Positions 1-11,610 of a DNA stretch of 64,000 nucleotides are shown piece by piece; the first letter of the stretch is position 1; every line of letters starts with the position of its first letter. Made by a program: the position numbers and the translations under genes. Where the stretch lies: NCBI GenBank assembly GCA_010093995.1, contig ML992501.1, positions 1,155,047 to 1,219,046 of the forward strand, in the 5' to 3' direction. Under the pieces are notes generated by a model. The model was given only the letters and a program-made list of their open reading frames with translations, ran no database searches and was not told where the DNA came from. This stretch comes from Elsinoe ampelina. Lineage: Eukaryota.

Positions 1-2194
1 TATACCCTTATAGAGCCTAATATAGTTCTAGCTTTAGAACTAAGCCTAGAGTTCTAAAAACTATAGTAATAGCTACGTAGTAAAGTTCTTTACGTTGCAC
101 TAGCGTAGAGAATAGTTAATTACTAATTTCTATATATTCCTCGATAGTTACGAGTTCTATATTAAGATAGCGCTACTCCCGGACAATGCCTACTATATAT
201 AGCTTATCGCCTATACTATACTAGAGCTACGCTCGAAAGTACTCTATTAGGGGAACCTACCCCTAATTAAGGTAGAACTCCTAGTACATCTATCCTGTTT
301 AGAGTAGAACCTACCGGGCTACTCTAACTCTATATAGGGGTAGTATAAGCGCAACGCTAGAGAGAAGACTAATACTTTTACTAAAAGGCCTTACTATAAC
401 GAAGACTATAAGGGCCGAAAGGACTAGTAGAGTAGCGCTAATACTACCCCTATAGCTCCCTAACCTAGCGCTACTTACCCTTATAACATCTATAAGAGCC
501 TAGACTATTAGGCGCTAAACTATCCCTAGAAGGACTCTTTAAAACGAATAGTGTCCTTATATTTACTAATTCTAAGTAGCTCTAGCGTAATATAGAATAT
601 ATACTAAATTTACACCGACGTTGTAGTTAACCTACCTAAAGGCCCTATCGAAGAGGTAGCTCTAATAGATAGTAGCGCTAATAGTAACTTTATTAGCTAG
701 TATTTTGCTATACGCTATTATATCGCTATTAACCCCCTAGTAGTATACTAAGTACACGGCTTAGATAAACACGAATTAACTACCTATAGATATACTAAGT
801 TAGCCTTTACTATTAAGGATAGTAAAGGAATAACGTAGGCGTCGCGCTAGTAGTTTAAAAGCGTTAATATAACTAGTTATAATCTTGTATTAGGCCTACT
901 ATAGCTATTATCCTACAACTCTAAGATTTAGTAGAGCGCTAGTATATAGAGGCATTATACTAGCGCTATATAGGTGTTAATTCTAGATATACTCTCCTTC
1001 TTCTAGAAGCTAAATTAGCCTAACGCCTAGCTCTACCTAGTATATATACGCTAGAACGAACCTAGCACTCTAACTCTACTATACTAGCTTAACAACTACG
1101 TAGATGTTTTTAATAAGAGCGTAGTAATAGCGCTACTAAGTAACAATTTTACTTACTCTATTAATATTAAAGAGGAGAAATAGCTACCCTAGGGACCTAT
1201 CTACCCCCTCGGTGAAAAGGAGCTTTAGGTACTTCGAGAGTATATAGATAATAGCTTAGTAACGAGTTAACTCTAGTATAGTACTAGCTCTATAGAGTCT
1301 CCTATTCTATTCGTTCCTAAGAAGAATAGTTCGCTACGCCTATATATTAACTATTATAGGCTAAATAATGTTACTATTAAGAACTATTACCTCTTACCTC
1401 TAATTGCTAAGATACTTAATTACATCGAGGATGTATACTTATTTAGTAAGCTAGACCTTATAGATACCTACTATAGAGTATATATCTAGTATAGTAATAA
1501 ATAGAAGATAGCGTTCTACTATTACTATAGCTACTTTAAATATACTATTATACCTTTTAGCCTTACTAATGCCCTAGCTATATTCTAGACTTATATATAT
1601 TAGTACTTAAGTAGCTTAGTAGACTACTACTATATTATATACCTAGACGACATTCTAATCTATACTAGCGATAAGTAAGAGTATTACTAGGCTATTAGGA
1701 GCATACTAGACTACCTACGTAAGAATAGCCTCTATATAAAACTAAAGAAGTATATCTTCGAGGTAATATAGGTAGTATTTCTAGGCTATATTATTAGTAG
1801 TAATAGCGTTATAATAGAGTAGCCCTAGGTATAAGCTATCGCTAACTAGCCTACCCCTACTAGCCTTAAGGAGTTATAAACCTTTCTTAGATTTACTAAT
1901 TTCTACTATTAATTTATTAAGAGCTTCTTCTACGTAGCGCTACTACTAACTATACTTACGTAAGAGTTAGTCTAAGGGAAGTAAGTAGGTCTATTTCTAT
2001 AGAGTAATAATGTATCGTAGGCCTTTAATAGGCTTAAAGCTGCCTTTACGTAAGCGCCTATACTACGCTACTTTTTATTAGATAAGCCTCTCTAGCTCGA
2101 GACTAATACTTTAGATTTTACACTCTCTAGAGTAATCTCCTAGTAAAACAAAGACAATACCCCTACGTAATACTAGTACTCTATAGCGTTCTAG

Positions 2195-2405
2195 TGTAAT
2201 AGAGTATCTAGATAGAGCAGGTATAATGTCTCTAAGATAGAGAAGCGATAGAGGAGAAGTATACACTATATAAATATAACAATAAATTCCTAATCTCTCT
2301 ATAGAAGGTTAGGAACTACTACTATATATACTATGTAGGATTGTAGCTAGAACAACGTATCTCTAACGTCTATCTACTAGCTATAAGTTTATAGTTCCTG
2401 TTATA
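2195..2405 (-). repeat. 3' LTR of Gypsy B
   Basis: tgtaatagag...ttcctgttata; direct repeat of 9911-10121, with visible differences being transitions. Confidence 0.95.
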
Positions 2406-2930
2406 ATTGCCTTCTTCTCTATAGGTCTATTCTTAGGCTAGTCCCTCGTTAAAACTCTCTAGTAGTAGAGAAAGAGTAGACTACCTTTGGAGCGTTATTA
2501 CGCCGTATACGGAGGTCTATATATAGGGTCTTAGCATTAGATAAGGAATGTAAAGTATAGCTCTACTCGACTTTATATATGAATTTACCTTACCTAGCAC
2601 ATGTAATAACGTTATTCTCTTATCTCTTAGCTACTATTATACTAGCTATAATAACAATTAGTAGGCTACCTTATTTCTTCTCGTATCTTTCTTCTCTTAA
2701 TTAGTATAGGAGCTTTCTATTGTCTATAATAATAGGACAATAGGACAATAGAACGCTCTAATACATATACGAGACTTCTCCCTCGTTAGAATGTCTCTTC
2801 TCTTTCTTTTAAAAACCCTTTTACTAAAGTATAGCTCTCTACTCTCTACCTTGTATTTTGTACTAATATCTCCTAGTATCTCTCTAACGTCTTATTGTCT
2901 TTTCTCCGCTATTAGGAACCTTCTTTTAAC

Positions 2931-3616
2931 ATGTCTTCTCTAGTAAGTACTACCTCTAGTAGACCTAACTATAGCTAGATCTAGTGTAAAGGTACTCCGC
3001 TATTGTCCCCTAGTTACTTTAACCCTGTTCTTATTAAGGGGAGTTCTTATATTAACTGCCTTAAGCTCTCTACTAAATATATAACATTAGACAACTCTAA
3101 CTTTACTAATAACTCTCGCTACTATAAGGAGTAGAACAACTATGCCTTCTACTAGCTCTATAGGCTCCGCTATAATAGCTATGCCTTTATAGGTCCGATG
3201 TCTATTCTATGTCGGAGTAATACTAACATTCCTAGTTTCTTAAGCGCTATAATACTAAGCTTAATACTACTAGAGTTATCTATAAGGCTATCTATGTCCG
3301 CTATTACAATAACAAAGATAAGCACTCGGCTGCTATACTCTCTAACAAGTAGCGCATTTATAGCACCTACGCTATAATAGTAGAATATATTACTACTTTT
3401 AAGGCTAAATGTATTTCCGCCGAGAAGAAGAAAAAGAGAGAAGAATTTAACTCTAATAACAATTCGCCTATAACCTATAAGAACTTCGCTGCCTTACTTA
3501 CTAGTAGCTAAAAGACTAACGAGTTATTAGCAAGGATTATTAGCGCCTAGCCTACTAGGAAGGCTCTTGCCTACGCTACTACGCCGGCCTCTAGTAGTAC
3601 TACTAGTAGAGCTTAA
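2931..3616 (+). pseudogene. Antisense spliced accessory gene 1 of Gypsy B; six-Cys zinc-cluster-like protein (RIP-damaged)
   Basis: Intact ATG at 2931. Cys-compatible codons at 3048, 3057 (intact TGC), 3120, 3150, 3159 and 3180 give C-x2-C-x20-C-x9-C-x2-C-x6-C. Intron 3189-3235 has a RIP-altered donor ataggt, TACTAAC branch and TAG acceptor. The frame continues with only TAG/TAA (RIP-type) stops; the 3' end is uncertain. Confidence 0.7.
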
Positions 3617-4018
3617 GAGATTTAGAGAGTTAGAGTAGTTACTAGTATAGTCTTCGGGTTTCTAGGTATAAGTATAGGTTCCTTAGTCGATGTAATAGCT
3701 TAGAACTGTCGGAGATAGATTTTGCCTTTTAGAGTTTATAGAGTTTTTTGCTTTCTACTTCTTCTTTTTGCCTAAGTCTCTTGTTTTATAGCCCCTAGCG
3801 GAGCTATAGCTCTTAAATTGCCCTTGCTCCTTTATTAGGGGCCTATTATCCCCTTAGGTATTATTATATTATTAAGAGTCTATTATTAAGGTAGGTATTA
3901 TTAAGGAGAGTATTATTGTTTAGATAATAGAGAAGCGATATATATATACTATCTTTTCTCTTTTTCTCCTTAATCTTCTTAGACCTCTTATTCTCTCTAT
4001 CTGCTTAACTTCTCTACT

Positions 4019-4638
4019 ATAATATTAGAATCCTATAGTATTACGACCTACTATGTCCCTACTAATTAGATTAATAACTCTAGCTATACTATGTCCTTTA
4101 AGTCTCTAGAGATTGCTAATGTTATTATAGAGGCGATACACTGTCTCGGATTTAGTAGAGACTTCTCTAGTAACTATAACTATAACTATAGTAAGAGCTC
4201 TAAGCCTAAGTTCCTATAGTTCTAGACTCCTTCCGACTATGCTATGCTAGTGCACTACTGTTAGTGCAAGCCTTGTATTTACTACTAGACCGCTATATAC
4301 CTTAACTATAAGTAGGCCTAGTCCTAACGTATTTATAATAATAATATAAGTACTTTCCTCCGCTACCGTTTCTATCGATACTTCTACACTAAATGTGTCT
4401 TTATATGTTTTTATTCTACGTCGTCGCTATAATAGCTAACCTATAGTAGTATAACGTCTCTTATACTTCGCTTATTAAGAGTCTTATTTCGACCTAGTAT
4501 GCCTTTAATACTACTATCTATATTTAGAAGTCTAATAAAGATATAATAGAGTCCCTACGTAGCAATCTTATCCTTAAGCTAGTAGAGCTAGATAAGCCTA
4601 AAGATTTAGAGAATAGAGTTAAGATAGACCTCTTATAA
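4019..4638 (+). pseudogene. Possible second antisense spliced gene of Gypsy B (Cys/His-rich N-half, acidic tail)
   Basis: Frame with several intact TGT/TGC/CAC codons and only TAG/TAA stops. Candidate intron 4346-4446 (ataagt...GCTAAC ctaTAG). The last exon de-RIPs to an acidic E/D/P-rich tail. Confidence 0.4.
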
Positions 4639-7600
4639 TTCGCTAGTGTTATATAAGAGACACGTTATTAGGCTAATATTGTACTTTTTTATAACATAGA
4701 CTTACTTTTTTTTTTAAATCTTAATCTTGTATTATTCTCTTACCTCTCTCTTTCTCTATAGCGTAAGTTTAAGCTCTTCGAGCCTTATAAGTCCCTTACT
4801 TAATATAGTATTACTTCGCTATTATACTTAGAATAAGGCTCTTCTTCTCGAAGTTCTCGATTTTACTAATAGTATTCTATAGATGCTCTATTAGCTCCTA
4901 GCTAGCTTCCTCTTTAGGATAGCCTTTCTAGAGTACCTTATAGTAAGTCTTACCTCTAATAAGGCCCTTATTAACTACCTCTTTAACTTTGTATTTTTCT
5001 TTCCCCTTAATCTCTACCGGTAGTAAAGCAATGTTATTACCTTATTAATAAGCCTTAAGGAGAGATATGTAAAAGGTTAAGTAGATCGATTTTATATATA
5101 CTAGAAGGTTAAGTTAGTATACTTAGTAACCTACTGTCTTAGCAACAGTAAATAGACCTATAAACTTCGCTACTAGCTTCTTCTTTAGCTAGAGAGACTA
5201 GAGGTTCTTAGTACTTAGTATAACTTCTTAGCCTTTCTTAAACCTTATCAGCTAGTGCTTCTTATTATAGTATACCTCCTACTACGCGATAGTGTTAAGC
5301 CTATACTACTTAAGTTCTTCTCTTATGTCTTATAGAGCCTTTACTCTTACTTCTACTACTAGTGCTTCTAGTAGTTATAGAGCTACCTTCTTCTCTATAG
5401 CGTTAGCCTTAACATCGTCGGAGAGACGTAGGACTATTCCGTAAATATAGCGAAGTAGGCTTACCCCTAGCGACGCGCTATAGGAGCTATTATAGGCAAA
5501 CTCGGCCTAATATAGCTAGTGTAGCTAGTTATCTTAGTAGAAATTAATAAACACCCTTAGGTACTATTTAATTATTTAGTTCTACTTCTCCGTAGCGTTA
5601 TTAGTTTAAGAGTAGAACACTATCGAGAGGCATCTCTAGACCTTCTATCTCTAGTAGAGAAACATCTAAAATTTAAACTTAAATAGGGTACCTCTGTCGG
5701 TGATCTAGCTTCTTAGGAACCTATAGCAACTAAGGATCTCCCTCTCTACGATGTTAGCTAACTCTTAGGTCTCTATATCTTTTCTTGCTAGAATGTATCT
5801 AACGTATTTAGACACTCTATCTACTAGCACTAAAATTAAATTAGTAACGGAGCTCTATTAGTCCTTCGCTAGAGGTAAATTAGTAATAAAGTCTATTAAC
5901 TAATACTAGAGTACTTCTCTAATAGGGGGCAATCTTAGAGCCTATATTTTACTATAGGGCTAATATTAAGGAACCTTTATTCTTTAACACTTGTTATAGT
6001 AATTTACGTATCTAGTAACGTCTATTGTTATGCCCTTCTAATAGTACTTCTACTTTAGTACGAAGAGTGTCTTTTCTATTCCGAGGTGGCCTACTATTAG
6101 ATTATTATAATTCCTATAGAGTATCTCTATAGTTAGCATTTTTATAGCTAGAATAAAGACTTTATCTTAAAATAGTAAGACACTATCGTCCTACTATCTC
6201 TAGCTCTCTCTCTTAGTAGTCTCTCTTTCTTTAGAATCGCTAAGACGCTCTAGTGTTGTCTCTACTATAGTATCTCGCCGCTATAGCCTCTTTACTAGGC
6301 TAAGTAGCCTTAGTAGTGCCTCTTTATATATATTATCTTCTTTCGTAGCTATTACGTATAGACGTCTAGGGCTAGTAAGTTCTCTACGATCTCTTTATAA
6401 TCTCTCTACTATAGTTATCTACGGGGAATAGTAAAAGGAACTACTTACCTCTAGAGGAGCGGACCTACTATCTCTACTCTCGTAGGGAGCTATTTTAGCT
6501 TCCGTATCTATGTCTAGCATCTCGCCTTAGGCTATAACACTCTCTTAGGTATCTTTAGATCTCCTAGTATACTTTACCTCGCTATGCTATCTTAGTAAGA
6601 AGTCCTCGGCAACTACTAAGTTTATATCTAGTATTTTACCTTATACGTCTTAGGTTAACTTAACCTACTTAGCTACTATTGTAGTATTAAGGAGGAGACG
6701 TCTCTCCGGCCTCTTATATAAGTCTCTTAGGACCTGTAGGTACAAGTCTACCTCGGCTTACTTGTCTCTAGTATCTAGGTCTAGCCTCCTCGATAGTCTA
6801 TTAGTAGAATTAAGCTTCTCTAGGTTATAGGTAATCTAGATATTATATTATAATAGCTCTTTACTAACGTAGGCCTATTAAGCTAAGAGCGTCTTAGTTG
6901 TTAAGAAGTATTTTAGGTTATTATAATCTATAAACATAGTAGTAGTAGAAGGAATAGAGAGGAGATACTACTACTAGTAGCGCGCTACCTCGAGGATAGT
7001 AAGTAGCTCTTAGTTATACATAAGCTAGTTTAACTCTACTCTCTATAGTTTCCGCGAATAGTACGTAATAGAGTACTATTAGACTACCTTCTCTTCGCTA
7101 TTGCTAAATAGTTACATAGTAATCCTAGAGATAGTAAATCTAGAGAAGTTAGTATATATCCTTATATTCTTACTTTTGTCGAAAAACTATAGGAGAGAAG
7201 TAGTTATAAAGCGGTCTTTAAGATATTAGAATAATTGCCTAGCACTATTAGTAAAGTAGAAAGGACCTACTTATTTTTCGTTTTTGCTTTCTATAAGTAG
7301 TTACATTATAGGTCTTATTATCTCTACGTAGCTGTTAATAAACTATTAGTAAAAGTTTATAAATCTAAGAAAGATTTAGAGTTCTTTTAGAGAAGTAGAT
7401 TCTAGCTAGTCTATAATAGCTTAAACTCTCTAGAGCTCTATTAAGACGCTCTCGGGGCCTAGAATATATTCTAGAAACTATACTTTCTTAACTTTAAAGG
7501 TGTACTTAGAAGCCTTTATAAAAAGAAGATACTTCCTAAGTTGCGCTAGAACTTCTTTAATATACCTATAGTGCTATAACAGGTCTCGGGAGTAGATAAG

Positions 7601-9910
7601 AATATTATCTATATAGACGATATAGTAGTAATTAACTAAGCTATTAAGGCATTAGCTAATATATAACTAGAAGGTAGCGGGAGTATTTATAAGGCTAAAA
7701 GGTATAACTATATATTTAAAATATCTATATCTATATTAGAACGCTATCTTCTATTCGTTGCCCCCTTTAATCTAGATATAGTAGTATACGTCCCTAAGAT
7801 CTATTTTTAAGTACACCTTAGCCCTCTAGATTCTATCGAGCATCTTAGTAATAAGGGGTAAAGGGTAGTAGTTCTTTACTAAGACGTTATTAAGACCTTA
7901 GTAGTTAACGTAGAGACGTAGCAACTTGTTAGCCTTAGGCATAAAGAGGATAGAAGCCCCTACGGGGCTAGTAGAGTAGTAAATATAGCTTAGCTTTAAA
8001 TTCTTAGCTAGGTACTCTCTAAGAGTACTTAGCTCTATCTTTATAAGGGTATAAATAGGTCCCTACGGGGGTTACTTCCCTTCGATAAGTTTAATTAAGT
8101 AGTTATATAGCGCTAGAGGGAGTATAGTAATAGCTTCCTTATTGTCGAATATATCTAAGAAGTTATAGAGCTAGCTTAGGAGCCTACTCTATAACGTTAA
8201 AATATTATCTTTATAAATTACATTTAAGAAAACTATATAGTACTATAGCTACTCTAATATTTCCTTAGTAAATTCTTCTACTGTTAGAAGTGTTATATTA
8301 ACGCTAGTAGGGCAATGTCTCTACCTCTAGCTTTACTAGTCGATATCTAGGTTAATACTAAAGAGCTACGTCTAGCCTAGTACTAAGTTATATCCCTTTA
8401 TCTCTACTAACTCGAAGCGCTATTAAATCTCCTTCGTGACGCTATAGTAGTTAGTAGCTTCTACTATAAGATAGTAGTATCCGTATAAGTGTATCTTATA
8501 CTAGTCGAGGGACTTTACCCTCGTTACGCTATTAGTGTATAGGTAAACTTCTTTCTCCTTTACGTAATAGTAGTTAATAAAACAAATATTAGCTTCTAAA
8601 TCTATAAGAGATATAGCTACGTAATTAGTAGATAGAGCTCTACCTTCCTAACTAAGGTAAATATCTATTCTTAGTTAGCTTAGTAGTAGACCTCCTTCGA
8701 ATACTCCTAGCTATATAGAGGCGAGATCTATAGCTAGAGTATCTAGTTTTTTGTCTTATTACAAGGGCAGTTAGAGTAGATATAGCTAGGTTGTCTATAC
8801 CTATAGCACTTTACCTCTAAGAGGTCGAGGCGACAGAGTATTAGAGTTATATTAACTCTAGACGTAGGGTCTTTAAACCTTCTTTTTTTCTTATTTTTGT
8901 TATTCTAGAATTTCTAGTTGCCTTCCTTTAGCTTATCTACGAAGTAGCGAGAGATATATGTCGTCTTAGAGATAGCTTAGCTTCTAAATACACTCTTAAT
9001 ATAAGTAAAGTAGAAGATAGCCTCGTCTTTGCCCCTTAGGGAGTCTTAGAGCGCTATATAGCTCTATTAATATACAGGCTTTACGCCGTTAACGAGGCGG
9101 CTTACGAACTAAGCCTTATCTATAGTAGTGTTACTAATTTCCTTAGTGTACTCTTCGAGGTATTAGGCGAACTTAGTAACTAATTAGTTCGACCTCTAAG
9201 CACTATTATAGAATAGTTAAGTGTATTTCAGGGCTCGGTTACTCTTGTCTATAATACGATCTTTAATCTATTCTTAAAAGTAGCTCTAGTTCTTAGCCTA
9301 AGGTCCTACGTTGTTAATATAGCTCTCCTATATCGTAGTAAGAGATTTATCTAAATAGCTAGCTATAAACTAGACTCGATCTTTACTAGTAAGATAGATA
9401 TACTTATAGACCCTAAAGACAGCGTAGTATAATCGAATAAATGCCTTTACGTCGGCGAGGTATATATATCTCTTTAGTTTCTCTAGTACCTCTAGCTTTT
9501 ATACTTTCTTAAGGTTAATCTAAAGGGAAAGCATCTCTAGAGAGATATCTAGATTAGGAGTTCCTCGAGAGATACTATCTTAGTATAACTAATTATTGTC
9601 GTTAGACTCCTCTTACTACTCTTATGTATTAATATAGGTCCTCTTCCGAAGGGGTCCTTCGCGCTTAATTACAAGAGCTCTCTAGATCTCTATATACTCT
9701 CTATTCTAGCGGAGTTAAGCTAGCTCTTCTTAGGTAGTACGTAGCTCCTCCTTAGATATATTAGAGAGGATAGGTTCCGATTAGGTAGCTTCTACTAAGC
9801 TAGTAGATATAGCGTCTATAGCGGATAATCTATCGGTCCTTTATTAAGCTAACTACGTTAAGACTATTAACCTAGACTATCTTAACTATAGTTTTAGGAG
9901 GAATTTAAAT

Positions 9911-10121
9911 TGTAATAGAGTATCTAGATAGAGCAGATATAATGTCTCTAAGATAGAGAAGTAATAGAGGAGAAGTATATACTATATAAATACAACGACA
10001 AATTTCTAACCTCTCTATAGAAGGTTAGGAACTACTACTATATATACTATGTAGAATTGTAGCCGGAACAATATATCTCCGACGTTTATCTACTAGCTAT
10101 AAGTTTATAGTTCCTGTTATA
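9911..10121 (-). repeat. 5' LTR of Gypsy B
   Basis: Direct repeat of 2195-2405, followed by TSD tctag. Confidence 0.95.
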
Positions 10122-11408
10122 TCTAGTCCTAGAAGCTATAAGGTGTAGAACTAAACTATACTACCTACAATAAAGAGCTTCTTACTATTATAGAAGTAGC
10201 GTAGCACTAGCGCTAGTACCTACTTAGCGCTACTACCTCGATTAAAGTCCTCTCTAACTATAATAACCTTAGGTATTTCCTAACTACTAAGAAGCTTTTA
10301 TAGCGCTAGGCCTACTACGCCGAGGTACTAGCGTAGTTTAATATTATTATCTAGTACTATAGTAGAAAGACTAACCTAGCTAATAGCCTATTACGTAGGC
10401 CTAACTACTATAAGCATAAAGAAGATATATAGAAAGAGTACTATATATTAGTCCCTCTCTTAGAGTAAGCATTATAAACGCAAAGTAAAGGAGTTATACT
10501 TATATCTATTATAGATAAGAAACCTAAGGCTAGTAGGGTCTAGGAAGATAGTAATAAAGCTAGTATAGCTTATATGCCTTAAACTACTCTCTAACGTAAC
10601 GCGCTTATATAATTCTAACGTACCTCTAGAATAGCGCCTATAAGTCTACCTATTACCTTAGGAGTGCTATAGCTATACTAAGAAGAGTTAGAGCCTCTAG
10701 AGAAAGAAGAGTAGCGCCTAGAGAGCACTTATATAAATCTTCCTCTAAGCCTAACTAGCAATATTAAATTAGAACGATATACACCTACCTTAGCATTCTA
10801 GGACGTACCGCTACTCGCCTAGGAAATAATAGAGAGCTAAGAGCATAAAGATAGTATAACGCCTATATAACTCCGGGACACCTCTAGTAGAAAGCCCGCT
10901 ATAATTTTAAACTAGAGTTAGTAGATTATACGCCTCTATACTACGTAAGTACTAGTAGATAAGACTACGTATATCTCTTCTACTCCTATGTTACTCTAGG
11001 ACCTTATCTATATAGTATAGTAAAGAGACGCCTTTACTTATAGCAAGAAATAGAAACTTCTAAAAGAGAGAACCTTAACTAGTAATAGTACTACTCCTAA
11101 GTAGAGCCTATCTAGCAATAGCTTACTCTAGAACGAAGATAAGGTATATATCCTAGAAGAAACTACCTTAAGAGTAGAGCTTATATAGCGTAATTATAAT
11201 AACTCCTTAGGGAGTTACTTTAGCTATATAAAGACCTACCTTAATATAAGGAGAAAGTACTAGTAGCTAGGTATATCTATCGCTATAAAGGTATATATTA
11301 AGCGCTATAATAGCTACTAAAGGCATAAGGTAACGTAGTATAAGCCTTATAGCCTCCTATAACCCTTGCTAATCCCGCTTATACTTAAGGCCTTATAACA
11401 CTAGTTAC

Positions 11409-11610
11409 TGCTAAGAATATAGCTCTCTCTAGATAATTAGGCCCGAAGGTCACATGACTACAGGTTATGTAATGCTAAGTCCTAGGGATTCATAGCTATT
11501 CTTTCCTTCGGTAGATAGACTCCTTAATTAATTAACTCGTCTATCACCTAACTAGTGTGCGGATTAGTTCTATATAATACTCTACCCCTAAACGTGCCTT
11601 CTACTTAACA
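11409..11610 (+). repeat. 5' LTR of Copia C
   Basis: tgctaagaat...ctacttaaca; direct repeat of 16526-16727. Confidence 0.95.

Larger units (their letters stand above)
2195..10121 (-). mobile_element. Ty3/Gypsy chromovirus LTR retrotransposon B, full length (7927 bp), inserted in RNase H of A
   Basis: 211-bp direct LTRs at 2195-2405 and 9911-10121; 5-bp TSD tctag at 2190-2194 and 10122-10126. Minus-strand CCHC ~8765-8815, protease LIDSGA ~8590-8610, RT (KTAF..RYG.FEY.VMPFGL.NAPATFQ) ~7665-7750, integrase ~5450-6130, chromodomain ~4890-5000, PPT next to the left LTR. Confidence 0.95.

Noticed and set aside
2943..2978. GTAAGT...CTAAC...TAG intron candidate in B
   Set aside because: Only 32-36 nt, and the unspliced frame already runs from ATG 2931 into the Cys motif.
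3660..3920. Possible sense-strand acidic ORF in the 3' region of B
   Set aside because: No start, splice or motif support; cannot be separated from RIP noise by eye.
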